A DNA stretch of 64,000 bases from Octopus bimaculoides (taxonomy: Eukaryota): assembly GCF_001194135.2 (NCBI RefSeq), contig NC_068998.1, positions 21,358,455 to 21,422,454 on the forward strand. Direction: 5' to 3'. A program made the translations under genes and the position numbers. This document shows positions 13,947 through 27,059 of this stretch, piece by piece; the stretch's first letter is position 1, and each line of letters begins with the position of its first letter. A model generated the notes under the pieces. It ran no database searches, had not been told where the DNA came from, and saw only the letters and a program-made list of their open reading frames with translations.

Positions 13947-14174
13947 TTATGTATGTATGTATGTATGTATGTATGTATGTATCTATCTATCTATCTATCT
14001 ATATATATATATAATCACAAGGTATTGGAATCTTAAAAGTATACCATTCTGCTTAAACAATGCATTTACAAATACAATATCCCTGCATATCTCACATCTA
14101 TTTTCATTCCTCCAATTCACTCTCTATTTCCTATCTTATCTAAATTAACTATTGCTGGAATATCCTCTCACACC

Positions 14175-14222
14175 GTCTCCGATGAAGGGATATAATAAAT
14201 ATCCTGGAAACAGCTGTAAGAC
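14175..14222 (+). ncRNA. Minimal type I hammerhead ribozyme in a PLE pLTR fragment
   Basis: GTCT-CCGATGA-A-GGGATAT-AATAA-ATATCCT-G-GAAAC-AGCT-GTA-AGAC; stem I GTCT/AGAC, 7-bp stem II, palindromic stem III ACAGCTGT, GUA site. Confidence 0.7.
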
Positions 14223-14242
14223 CTTCTATTTATAATAGACGG

Positions 14243-14586
14243 GATCAGACAATAAGCATAAGCCAGTGTCAACTGTGGTCCCAGAAATTCCGAGACGGAA
14301 ACTACAGCGTAGAAGACGAGCCTCATCCTGCAAGACTTGTAGAGCTCGAGCAAAACGTCCTGCAAACACTGCTGGATCAAAATCCTATCGTAACTGTTGA
14401 GAAACTAGCAGAGAAGCTTGGATTTGGTCATTCAACCATTCATCGACACTAGCACGCCATTGGAACAGTCAGCAAATTGGGTCAATGGGTTCCTCACAAA
14501 CTTTCTGAGTTTAACCGCGCGCAGGCAGTGAATGCATGCTCTCACCTCTCAAAAATGAAACATTTCGGGACCGAATACTGACTGGT
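14243..14586 (+). mobile_element. mariner transposase fragment
   Basis: DQTISISQCQLWSQKFRDGNYSVEDEPHPAR...LAEKLGFGHSTIHRH*..SKLGQWVPHKL...RILTG; WVPH(K)L motif. Confidence 0.85.
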
Positions 14587-14884
14587 GAACTCTCTGTTTG
14601 TTGTAGTCACAACTTCTCCTGCTGACAAACTGTATTTCTTGTTTGTTCTATTTTCCTATCATTTTATTTTTGCAGTGCGATTTTATATGTCCTGTAAAGC
14701 CGGAGCGGAAACACTTTGCTTTTTTTATACGAACAGCTTTTTACTGGGCAGGGTATACAGTGTCTCTATAAAACACAGATACACACACACACACACACAC
14801 GCACACACACACACATCTAGGTATCCATATCTGCATAACTGTATCGATGCATATTTAGATTTATGTAAATAGCCATGTGTGTTA

Positions 14885-15217
14885 GCATGAAAATTACAGA
14901 AAAACAAAAGACGAAGACAGGTGTATGAACAACAAGTAGGTGTATTAGATTGATGCCCGCGAAAGTCTTTTACGCTTCGAGCCTACACATTTCAACAGAA
15001 TGGAATAAGAGAAAATAAACAGAGAGTGAAAAAAAAACTTGTGGATTTAGCGATCAAGCATGGCGGCGGGTTGGGAAAAAATGGTTTGACAGGTGAGGCA
15101 GAAAAAAGGGGAGGTAATAATATATTGGCGATCCCAAAACGAAGCTGTGCGTGTCTGTGTGTATGTCAGAATGTGTAAGTGTGTGTGTGGATATAGGCTA
15201 GTTATTGTGGCGTGTGG

Positions 15218-15267
<50 letters not shown>

Positions 15268-16175
15268 ATGATGGTGTGTGGTGTGGGTGCGTGGAAGTGA
15301 TCAGTACTGGTGAGTGTGGAGTGGTGTGGGGTGGTGTTATGTTGTGGTGTGGTATGGGGTGTAGTGTAGGTGCAGGGGGTATCAATGTAGAGAGCTGGGT
15401 AGGAGTGAAGAGAGGAACTAGGTGTCAGATGAGGAGAGGAGGGGAGTGGAGCCTATGTAAGGCAAAGGAACGAAGAGAGAAGATTAATTCCTGTTCACCG
15501 CAAAGGTCGGACTCCGGATGCTCCCTTGTCCAAAGACAATCCGAACACAGAAGGGCATTGTAGTGAAGGTCCGGTAGAGCGGAAATGGCGCAGGATCGGG
15601 GTGTCATTGCCGAGTCTGATGTCTCAGAGGTGCTCCGCGAACTGCTCAACCAAGCGGCGTCCAGTTTGACCGATGTACAGAGAAGGGCAGAAAGAGCAGG
15701 AAATGCAATGAATGGCGTTGTTAGAAGTGCAGGTAAAGGAGTCGGTGATATGATAGGGACGATGATGGGTGCCTGTGAGGACGGTGGTGTTGGAGAGATA
15801 GGGTTAAATGCGGCAGAGTAGGTGGGGGCAGAGGAACGAACCAGGTTGGGAGGTGAGGTTGTGCAGGTTGTGCGCTCGTTTGAGGGAAGTGGTATGTTGG
15901 GGAAGGTGTACGACGCGGAAGGAGTTGTACGACTGGACAGGAGTCGCTCGAAAGCTCGGAGAATGTTGCGTTGGAGGGGCAGGGTTGAGGAGTGGCAGGT
16001 GAGGGGAAACGAGAGACGGGAAACAGTGGAACGGGTGTGGGGAGAGAGAGAGCAGAGGCACGGTCCACGGAAGTGCTCTGGCAAGGGTGGTGTGGATAGT
16101 GGTGAGGGGATATCCATGAAGGATGAAGTAGTGAGCCATAAGCCGAGATAGAGTCTCAAAGTCATGGTTGTCACT
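14885..16175 (-). mobile_element. Penelope-like element (Neptune-like): thumb, GIY-YIG, low-complexity spacer and pLTR
   Basis: SDNHDFETLSRLMAHYFILHGYP; LQRNILRAFERL; NLVRSS; CISCSFCPSLYIGQTGRRLVEQFAEHL across frameshifts; 3' region matches 40520-40714 and 55640-55830; runs into an N gap. Confidence 0.85.
14964..15003 (-). ncRNA. Decayed hammerhead (CUGUUGA core variant)
   Basis: Minus strand CTGTTGA-AATGTGTAGGCTC-GAAGCGTAAAAGAC; homologous to 40587 and 55700 but stem II and GAAA are mutated. Confidence 0.45.
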
Positions 16176-16483
16176 NNNNNNNNNNNNNNNNNNNNNNNNN
16201 NNNNNNNNNNNNNNNNNNNNNNNNNNNNNNNNNNNNNNNNNNNNNNNNNNNNNNNNNNNNNNNNNNNNNNNNNNNNNNNNNNNNNNNNNNNNNNNNNNNN
16301 NNNNNNNNNNNNNNNNNNNNNNNNNNNNNNNNNNNNNNNNNNNNNNNNNNNNNNNNNNNNNNNNNNNNNNNNNNNNNNNNNNNNNNNNNNNNNNNNNNNN
16401 NNNNNNNNNNNNNNNNNNNNNNNNNNNNNNNNNNNNNNNNNNNNNNNNNNNNNNNNNNNNNNNNNNNNNNNNNNNNNNNNNNN

Positions 16484-16515
<32 letters not shown>

Positions 16516-18594
16516 CAAATAACAAATGAGTATATGCATATATACGTACATGTATGTACATACTTACATCTACCTGTATATATAGATGTATATCTGGGTA
16601 CAGGACATTGTAAACAAAGCGTAGACAAAATGATAAACGAGTACAGAAAACACACAGGCCACATAAACAACATCTCCTTTATCAGCTGCCCCCGTGTGAT
16701 TTCCTCCATGTCTATAATGCAGTAGATGGTGTATATTACATATCGGTTGAACGACAAAATAGTCTAAATAAGAATTCCGTAATGTATTCCTGGGTACACA
16801 TTTCCAACAAAGTTTTGCGGATTAATTAAAACTGGAACGTCTTTGGTAATAGGTTTGATAATGACTTCGAGTGAATCAACAACAAGAGAAATGCATAACA
16901 TAAATTTGAACAATTCTATTAATGTTTCGAAGTTAAATATATTTACAAATTCAAAAGAATGATGTAAATGGGAAATTATGTTATTATGAGATAGCTCAAT
17001 TGGTCAGACTTTGCTATATCTTGTCCCTGTTTTTCTGGATAAGATAGCGCAATTAATCAGCAATTGATAGGTTACAAATTTATGTTCTTATACATCAATG
17101 CGAAGTTCATATTTCTTCTTTTTCTTTATTGAGAGGAGATATGATTCACAAATGAACATCTGTAAAAAAAAAAATGTAATATAAATATGATATGAAGAAA
17201 AGTCAACATAGTTAAATACTCAATATTGCATTTTTGAGCTACTTATGTATACACAAAAATATAGGAAAGAGCATTAAAAGCCTACAGCTTATCAGTATCG
17301 AACGAACCCCTTCCGAACCAGACATACTTAATAATAAACTAAGGCGTTCATATTCATATTTTAAAATAGTTTTTAACTTTGTAAATCCCTTTATATTCAT
17401 ATACCAACTGAAATCAATTCTTCACAAGAAGTTAACAGGCGCTGAATCGATTTCATCAGTGTCTGAAAAAGAAATATTTGACCATTAGTAGAACGATTTC
17501 TGGCCACGCAGAGAATATAAATACTGACAATTCCATGATGTCTCCGAAATATAGCCTGCAAACGATTTAATTCCATATTTATGTCTAAAGATAGTAAAGA
17601 TATGTCATATATCGAACCATACATTTCATAAATTTGTGACTTGTTCTCTTCAGATACACAAAGAAGCCTACAAGAAAATCTCGATGCATAAAATGACCAG
17701 ACGGCTGTAAGTACAGATTTATTCACAAATATATTTATCGTACTAAATTCAGAAAATATATATAGCGTATTAATTTAAACACAGAGCATTCGCTGTTTAC
17801 CAAATTTTCTGCAGTCTATAATGGGACAGCCGATGCTAAATGATATGTTAAAACAGTTTGGCAAAATGAAATATAGCTGTAGTGAAAACCGATTGTCAAT
17901 ATAACTCACTGCGTTAATTCTAAAGCCATACTATTTAATGTGCATAGAGACGGAATGTACCAAAAAGTTTTAAAATATTACAACCAATGCTTTACGAATT
18001 GCATTCGATTACATCAGATTAGCTCACTCTTACTTTTATCTTTTGTGTATCGCGGCTGACTATACTACAAAGTTAAAATAAGACGCAAATATGCTCAAAT
18101 GTAGGGTGGTATATCTACTACGCTTACACATGATTTAAACAACTTTTCACCTAATGATAAACAGCTTATTTACCAGTACTTATTCACGAACATATTAGAA
18201 AGAAAATCGGCAAATCCGGTGTTACTTCCTGTCTCTTCCCGCAATATTCTTCTGCTGCTCTGAAACTGCAAACTATGAATCTTCATCTTAATCAATTAAT
18301 TCATACTCGTCTGCGGTCATCTTTTTTCCTGCAATTCAGTACCAAATCTCACATTAATCATCTTGTAGAGTCATGTATAATTATAAACGAGGCGTTCTAT
18401 TATTTGTTCTCTAGTTAGGATTTCTGTAGAAGAATTACCACGAACACACAATAACTACAGCTATTTAGTCAGTTTGAGCTAGTTCCCCACGAATATTTAA
18501 GCTGTCGAAATACATCCCCAGACAAATCAACATTCCACATTAGAAACGATAATGAATATTTCTTTGTGCGCATTTATTTTTCTTTCTCTTTTCA

Positions 18595-18706
18595 CTGTCT
18601 TCTCTCTTTCCGCTCCTGTCTTCTCTCTTTCCTCTCCTGTCTTCTCTCTTTCCTCTCCTGTCTTCTCTCTTTCCTCTCCTGACTTCTCACTTTCCTCTCC
18701 CGTCTC
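18595..18706. repeat. 21-bp pyrimidine-rich minisatellite, about 5 copies
   Basis: Unit CTGTCTTCTCTCTTTCCTCTC repeated with few substitutions. Confidence 0.9.
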
Positions 18707-20644
18707 TTTCGATCTAAGAGCATAATTTTACATGCATTTAACTACGTAAATCTATTTATGTGGAACATATTTTTCACAGCAGTATTACACTCAGACTAAC
18801 ATTATTTACAATTAATCTTAATATAATTAAACATATTGAATAGTCTGTGCGATAAAACCTTGAGCAAAATCAAATTCATCTACGACTAAATTAATTTAAC
18901 TATTGAAGCAAACAATTAGTTAGCTATTAATGCGTCATCTTGTACTAATTAACTCGAAAATTCAAGTAAAATCACAGACTACTTTCAACTGAAACATTCA
19001 AGTCATTTGTGTTGGCTGTAAATCACGGTGGAGATTATTAGCAGATAATTAACAGAACAATGTTTTATTTTCTTGAAATATCTTAAGATGACTTGATTGA
19101 ACCGTTTAAATTTATATAAATCAATCAACCAATCAATCAATACTGAATCGATATTTTGTTTCACTACTGCAGAGAAACAGAAATTCTGATAAAATGATTC
19201 CGTCATAAATCATATTGCCCCTGTGACATGTTTATATCTGTATCACTAGACCATAATTCCATGCATATTTTTCCAGATTTGTTTCCGAATATTCTCTCTA
19301 CTGTTACTTGAAGCTAATCTCATTTTACGATTTCAATGGAGTGTATTTCCTAGATTAAGTATAACACATCAGCTTCCCATATTTAATTTGAATCTGAAAT
19401 ATTACTACATTGTTAAATAATGTCTGGCTTAAAGAAAAATCGATGACTAACAATATTAGGAAACTACGGTAATTCTATTGATGAGATGTATGAAGAACAG
19501 AATTAATCCTATTGAATTGCTGGTACTATTGAAACCACACGAGATTATGAGTAGAGATAGTTCCTATATTTATCTATCAATGTATATGTATATCAGCAAG
19601 AGAGTTATAAACAATAATTAATTTTTGTGTATACTTCAATTACAAAATATCTAATACTGGTAGATATGTATTTTTAGATATATAGTTTCTATTATTCAAT
19701 CGGCGTGGAAAGAGAATATTTTGATGGGGCCTAGGTGTCCATGGTCCACTAGAACGTTTGTAGATGGATGGGTAGTGGAAATTAATTTTAGCGTCGTATA
19801 TTCATACGAGGAATTAAAATATATATTGATATATCATGTGTCACTTAAATCTCGAAAAGACGGTGCTAGACACTAGCTAAATATTGCATGTATTGTCCAG
19901 TAGTTCATGACAAGAATCTTGGAAAATCCGTTATTTGTTTTTTTTTAGGTGGATAGATGGAATATAATGTTTTTGTGTATTAGGTGCAAAATCGCAGACA
20001 TGTAAACAATATTATAAATGCTTGTCGAACATGTGCTTTGTAAGGGATCGTTGAATATGAAAGGTGACATGGAATATCGTAACATACTGATATATAGTTC
20101 AAGCATTTTTAAAACATCGGTGGTTTATTTATTGTTGTTCACGTGTAAACAAAGACGTATTGCAAAATATTATATAACTGATGTATGCAATATAAGCTAG
20201 ATTCTTAAATACGGTGGATTCAGCGAACGTCTAATCTACGATGTATAAACACTGCGTCTACTCGAGGAAAATTATGTTAAAATGAAGTGTAATATCTAGA
20301 CAGGAAATGATGCAATCACTACTTACATGAAAGTCGTCGGTTTAGAAAATGATGAAAACTGTCGTAGACTATGCTAGATATTTGTCATCTCTAGGCCTAT
20401 GAAATACATTCAACTTAACTGATGCTTTCACGATACAGACCTACAGGAAACTTCGAAGCAAACAACTAAGATTATTTTTTGGAGGTTCTCGAAAAAATAT
20501 ATAAAACATACTGCTTAAGTGTATGCCAGAACTCATCACATTCACTGGTGAGAGCACAGGTGAATTTTCATGAATATTTTAAGAACGTTAAAACGATCAA
20601 TACAGTTTACGCCATTCCATAGATTTGGACTGATACTCAGAGAG

Positions 20645-20649
<5 letters not shown>

Positions 20650-20719
<70 letters not shown>
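20650..20719. repeat. (GA)n microsatellite running into a gap
   Basis: Direct reading. Confidence 0.95.
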
Positions 20720-21648
20720 NNNNNNNNNNNNNNNNNNNNNNNNNNNNNNNNNNNNNNNNNNNNNNNNNNNNNNNNNNNNNNNNNNNNNNNNNNNNNNNNN
20801 NNNNNNNNNNNNNNNNNNNNNNNNNNNNNNNNNNNNNNNNNNNNNNNNNNNNNNNNNNNNNNNNNNNNNNNNNNNNNNNNNNNNNNNNNNNNNNNNNNNN
20901 NNNNNNNNNNNNNNNNNNNNNNNNNNNNNNNNNNNNNNNNNNNNNNNNNNNNNNNNNNNNNNNNNNNNNNNNNNNNNNNNNNNNNNNNNNNNNNNNNNNN
21001 NNNNNNNNNNNNNNNNNNNNNNNNNNNNNNNNNNNNNNNNNNNNNNNNNNNNNNNNNNNNNNNNNNNNNNNNNNNNNNNNNNNNNNNNNNNNNNNNNNNN
21101 NNNNNNNNNNNNNNNNNNNNNNNNNNNNNNNNNNNNNNNNNNNNNNNNNNNNNNNNNNNNNNNNNNNNNNNNNNNNNNNNNNNNNNNNNNNNNNNNNNNN
21201 NNNNNNNNNNNNNNNNNNNNNNNNNNNNNNNNNNNNNNNNNNNNNNNNNNNNNNNNNNNNNNNNNNNNNNNNNNNNNNNNNNNNNNNNNNNNNNNNNNNN
21301 NNNNNNNNNNNNNNNNNNNNNNNNNNNNNNNNNNNNNNNNNNNNNNNNNNNNNNNNNNNNNNNNNNNNNNNNNNNNNNNNNNNNNNNNNNNNNNNNNNNN
21401 NNNNNNNNNNNNNNNNNNNNNNNNNNNNNNNNNNNNNNNNNNNNNNNNNNNNNNNNNNNNNNNNNNNNNNNNNNNNNNNNNNNNNNNNNNNNNNNNNNNN
21501 NNNNNNNNNNNNNNNNNNNNNNNNNNNNNNNNNNNNNNNNNNNNNNNNNNNNNNNNNNNNNNNNNNNNNNNNNNNNNNNNNNNNNNNNNNNNNNNNNTGT
21601 GTGTGTGTTTGGGCGCGCGTGTGTATGTATTTGTATGTTTGTACTTGT

Positions 21649-21840
21649 CCCCCGCTGTCGCTTGACAAACGATGTTGGTGTGATTACATCCCCGAAACTT
21701 AGTAGTTCAGCAAAAGGGACCGATAGAATAAGTACTAGGTCTTCAAAGATTAAGTTCTGGGGACAATTTTTTCGATTACAGGCGGTGCTCCAGCATGGCC
21801 GAAGTCAAATTACTGAAACCAGTAAAAGAATAAAAAAATA
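21649..21840 (+). mobile_element. SINE family A
   Basis: CGCTTGACAAACGATGTTGGTGTG...GATAGAATAAGTACTAGG...GGCGGTGCTCCAGCATGGCC...CTGAAACCAGTAAAAGAATAAAAAAATA. Confidence 0.85.
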
Positions 21841-22130
21841 CACATTTATGTTTAACTCATAATATATCTTATACACAACTTTCTATTTAAATACAATCTT
21901 TACATCTTCATGGTTTATCTATCTTTTTTACTGCCATACGACCTTAAAGACGCTCTTCCTTACAGCCTACTTCTCCTTCTGGAGACGCAGCTTTAGATGA
22001 GACTATTGGGGTTTATGTTTTGGGCTTATTTGCACACAGCTTGGTAAATGTCTAGCTCACGCTTGCTTTAGCATTCTTCAAACTTACATACAGACACACC
22101 TACATACATGTATACGTCCACACATGCATA

Positions 22131-22208
<78 letters not shown>

Positions 22209-23497
22209 CACATTACAATTTATAACACGCATACGTATTCCCATATATATTTATTATTTCTTCCAATGCAGAGCACACTCCCATATTTGTTGAATGAAAC
22301 AAGAAAAATAATACCACAATGTGGTGTCCATTATTATAAGAAGAATCATCAAAATTTGGAATATCACCATTACAATCCCAATAGAAAAGGAAATAATAAC
22401 GAGGAGCCGTTTGAAAACTTGTTACGTGATAAATCAATGTCTATGGTTTGTGACAAAGATTAATGGTATTCTGGTAAAATGGAATAAAGGAAGAGAGAGA
22501 AATGAAGAGAAAATTACATTTTAAATATGAAGATGGAGTTGGGCGTTGTTAAACAGAGTAAAATATCTAGAATTGTGTAAAATATAAAAAAAGTTAAGGT
22601 ATAATATATCAAACTTTTATTAAGTAAATGCTTGGTAGTTCGTAACTGAAACTCCATAGAAAGAAATATATTTTGAGATGTTTACCTTATTGTTTATTTT
22701 CTTATTTTTATTGTTATATTGTTAATGCTCAGCTCTTCGTTGGTATTGATCAAATCGACCAATGCTCAATGGTTTTCTATTCGCGACCATCCCGTTTTTT
22801 ATATAAAAAATATTCTTTCCCAATGTATAATTCTTGAAGAGAGTATGGCGCAATTTCGGAAAGATTTCGTTAATACTTCTATCAGTTGCTATGATATTGT
22901 AGATACCTACTCCTCACACCGTTTTCATTGTTGTTATATGTGGTCCTGACTAAAAGATAAAAATCTGAAGGAAGTCTCTTTGCATTTTATTCTTCTGGCA
23001 TACATCCATGCATATGCACATTGTATGTATGTATGTATGTATGTATGTATGTATGTATGTATGCATAAATGTGTGTATGTATAGATGGATGGACGGATGG
23101 ATGGGTGGATGTATATCTATATGATTGTGTATGTTTATGTATGTCTGTGCGTGTGAGTGTATGTGCAATGCCACCTATTTAATTATCAAACAGATGGAGA
23201 TATTGGTAATGAGAATCTAAGAAATCATTGTTAGAGAGAATTTGCCTTGGTTTGTGATTTCTTTTATGGAAATTCTCAGATTATATCGTAGTGTTCTCTA
23301 AGCTCAGAGATTAAATTACACATAAAAGAAATCGAAATAGCTTGCTACCCGTTTTCTATACGCTAAATACAGGTATTATTTCACTGATGATTATTTCCTC
23401 AACTATATCGAGTTCACGTAAAATCTCAGTCATCTCTTGAGTTCGTTGCTGATATTTTCCAAATCTGGAATGAGTGAGTAAATAACGTGAAACTTAC

Positions 23498-23593
23498 GAA
23501 CGTATTCAATGGGGTAATAAAGAAGCAGAAATGCTCCTGTGATGCTTTTCAAGATAACCGTGATTTGTGAGTTGAGGGAAGTTACCCACACTG
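23498..23593 (-). CDS. Candidate coding exon of an unidentified membrane protein
   Basis: tttcag acceptor, GTAAGT donor, 96 nt, one open frame (phase 1-1): VWVTSLNSQITVILKSITGAFLLLYYPIEYV. No homology recognised. Confidence 0.3.
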
Positions 23594-23744
23594 CTGAAAC
23601 TTGGGCTGGATGTATGTAATAAAATAGAGTAAAGATAAGCCATCAAAGGGCTAGGTTGAGGCGGTCATGACCCTTTGACTTAGATGAATAACCAATCCCA
23701 ACTAGTCAATATTTACAGAACCAATTGTACTGCTCGTCCTCTTT

Positions 23745-23975
23745 GATCACTGGATACGAAATGTGATTCGCGATATCTCCGATCGGATGTTTTTCCTGAG
23801 AAATCTTACCTTTGCACACCAATCTGTCATAAGGTGACTCAGCTACAGATGAATGAACTGGAGCAATGCGAAATAAAATGTTTTGCTCGAGAATACAGTG
23901 CACAACCAGTCACAGAATCGAAACCACGCTCTCACGATCGTGAGGGCAGCACACTTACCTCTAGACCATGCGCCT
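23745..23975 (-). mobile_element. tRNA-derived SINE family D
   Basis: Reverse complement AGGCGCATGGTCTAGAGGTAAG...GGTTTCGATTC...TTTATTTCGCATTGCTCCAGTTCATTCATCTGTAG. Confidence 0.75.
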
Positions 23976-24526
23976 TCACTTGTGGTGGTACCCCGGGCCA
24001 AAGATAAAGTCTAGTTCATTATTGCCATTAATGTGAAATACGTTTGATATACAATGATTAGAACAAGAAACCAATAAGAAATTATCTCTTGTTATTAGAA
24101 ACATTAATGTATGTGTGGAAGATATAACATCTTAATAGAGCAATGGACGTGAGAAATGGTTAAATGATGATTTCAGTTCGTTGCGGCATTTACATTCGAC
24201 CGATTAGGTGCGGTACTTCGTCGTCGCAAGATTAACAAGTAGATATACGTTATAAAAGATAGTCAAATCAATACATAATTCATAATATGTATTCTTGGTT
24301 AGTTGTGATTCCCCATCAAGTGTGATCTAATAGCTTGTACCATTCTTTCTCTACTTGATTTCGGTGCCTATGCAGTTACGTCCAGACATAAAATGAATTG
24401 GTCTACTACACTTAGCTAAGCGGAACACTATATATGTAACATCTGGATTGCGGAAAGAGGAGAGTGAAAGAGATGGGGAGAGAAAATTAGCATCTCTCTC
24501 TCTCTCTCTTTCTCGCTCATATATAT

Positions 24527-24570
<44 letters not shown>

Positions 24571-25346
24571 ACTTGGGGATGGTCATATTGCCAGTTTAGC
24601 CAATAAAAACACACGCACTGTATATTTGGTGTTAATTTNNNNNNNNNNNNNNNNNNNNNNNNNNNNNNNNNNNNNNNNNNNNNNNNNNNNNNNNNNNNNN
24701 NNNNNNNNNNNNNNNNNNNNNNNNNNNNNNNNNNNNNNNNNNNNNNNNNNNNNNNNNNNNNNNNNNNNNNNNNNNNNNNNNNNNNNNNNNNNNNNNNNNN
24801 NNNNNNNNNNNNNNNNNNNNNNNNNNNNNNNNNNNNNNNNNNNNNNNNNNNNNNNNNNNNNNNNNNNNNNNNNNNNNNNNNNNNNNNNNNNNNNNNNNNN
24901 NNNNNNNNNNNNNNNNNNNNNNNNNNNNNNNNNNNNNNNNNNNNNNNNNNNNNNNNNNNNNNNNNNNNNNNNNNNNNNNNNNNNNNNNNNNNNNNNNNNN
25001 NNNNNNNNNNNNNNNNNNNNNNNNNNNNNNNNNNNNNNNNNNNNNNNNNNNNNNNNNNNNNNNNNNNNNNNNNNNNNNNNNNNNNNNNNNNNNNNNNNNN
25101 NNNNNNNNNNNNNNNNNNNNNNNNNNNNNNNNNNNNNNNNNNNNNNNNNNNNNNNNNNNNNNNNNNNNNNNNNNNNNNNNNNNNNNNNNNNNNNNNNNNN
25201 NNNNNNNNNNNNNNNNNNNNNNNNNNNNNNNNNNNNNNNNNNNNNNNNNNNNNNNNNNNNNNNNNNNNNNNNNNNNNNNNNNNNNNNNNNNNNNNNNNNN
25301 NNNNNNNNNNNNNNNNNNNNNNNNNNNNNNNNNNTGTGTCTTTGTA

Positions 25347-25433
25347 TGGCTTGTAAACACCTTCCACGCTGTAATTGATTTTGTTTCAGCACACGATCTC
25401 AGATCAACTCACCTGGTATGCAAGTGCATCTCC

Positions 25434-25438
<5 letters not shown>
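25347..25438. repeat. Unclassified ~92-bp dispersed repeat (family E)
   Basis: Clearly similar to 38619-38710, including TTCAGCACACGATCTCAGATCA. Confidence 0.75.
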
Positions 25439-25507
<69 letters not shown>

Positions 25508-26074
25508 ACAGGACAACTTGATAGATTCGATAGTGGTCAAATGGCAGCTAGCTAGCATATGTATATATATATATATATGGTTTGTGTAGAAAACTCAGAG
25601 GAAAAATATAATCCGTCAATTAAATTTATTATGAGATGTACTTCCCTTCATATCAAAATTAGTAAAAGAATCCCGATAAGATGAAAAATGCTGTACAACT
25701 CCCCAAAATATGCAGATAAGTAATTGCTATTCTTGGGCTCGCACCCACTTCCATCGTTGTCTATGATAGTTTGACAAAGCTACTTACCACTTCTACTAAA
25801 TATGATTTAGTGTTTTCCTCTCTTTTTTTTAATCTTTCGGTAAGCATTGCGATGTATGGTGTAACGCCTGAATAAAATGTGGATTGCATCATAAAATATG
25901 AAGTAATTCTAAAATATCGGGATACTGATGTTTTTTAATTTGGACAGATGCGTTGTGCTTGATTTCATCTCTCTATTCCATCCCTTCATATATGTATGAA
26001 GAGGATAGGTAAAAAAAATTCTACCTGCTCTTTTTTTCTGTAATACACGAAAACAAAACCAGGGATTGAACCGT

Positions 26075-26660
26075 TACATCGGTTTTCTACATAACCTCCT
26101 TGCTTTTCGATGTACTTCTTCCACTGGTACTCAAGCTTGCTTATTCCATCGGTGATATAAGGGCGCACTGTCACTTATGCATCCTTTTCCACTTCTTCGT
26201 CTGTAGCAAATCGACGACCTCGTAAAGGTTGCTTGAGCGGTCCAAACACGCGATAGTCAGAAGGGTTGAGATCTAAACAGTATACAAGGTGTTACAGCAA
26301 CTCGAAACATATGGTTCCAACGATGTGGACAGTCATAAATGAGAATGTATTGTCGTGTAACAGTGACACTTGATTTGAAAACGAACCTCAGCTTTGATGC
26401 GAATTGCTGGATTCAGTTTGTTGGCCAGCATTTCACCTTAGCCTACACCAGTGATTGAAGACCACTTTTCCAGGTAATTGTCTCACACAGGCCGTTTTGA
26501 GTCCTGAAAAACGGTTAGCATCACTCATTTTCTGCAGAAAGTTGGCTCTTGGATTTTATTTTCGCTGGCGGTTGCGGATATTTCCAGTCAACTCTCTGCC
26601 TGTTGGATTCTGGTTCAATGTGATGAACCTATGTTTCATCTCCTGCGACTATTCTTTCCA
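26075..26660 (-). mobile_element. mariner transposase C-terminal half (catalytic domain)
   Basis: RIVAGDETWVHHIEPES; DLNPSDYRVFGPLKQPLRGRRFATDEEV; DGISKLEYQWKKYIEKQGGYVE. Confidence 0.85.
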
Positions 26661-27059
26661 AAACAGATTCCGACATATATACATAAGTACGCACACACAT
26701 ACACACATATACACACACGCATAAGCGCACATACAAACACTCTCTCACACACTCAGTTACACACACTGACATGTACACATATATACACACACGCACACAC
26801 ACACACGCGCACACACACATGCACATGCACACACACACACACACACATATGAATGAGGCTAATGGCGTGCATTCTAGTACGATTTATAAGTGGAGATATA
26901 ATTCTCAGTGGTAAATAGACGGCAATATTCGTTTCCGCCAATTCAGTAACCTGGCAGAATTGTTAGCAAACCGGGCAAACTGCTTACCGCCATTTTGTCC
27001 CTCTTTACATTCTCAGCTTAAAATCCGCAGAACACAGTGGTATAGAATTGTCCAAGTTT

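Noticed and set aside
17397-17726. 109-aa minus-strand ORF with several small exon-like units, and an overlapping + strand 53-nt exon-like unit (17654-17706)
   Set aside because: Equally plausible splice patterns on both strands show the chance level; no homology recognised.
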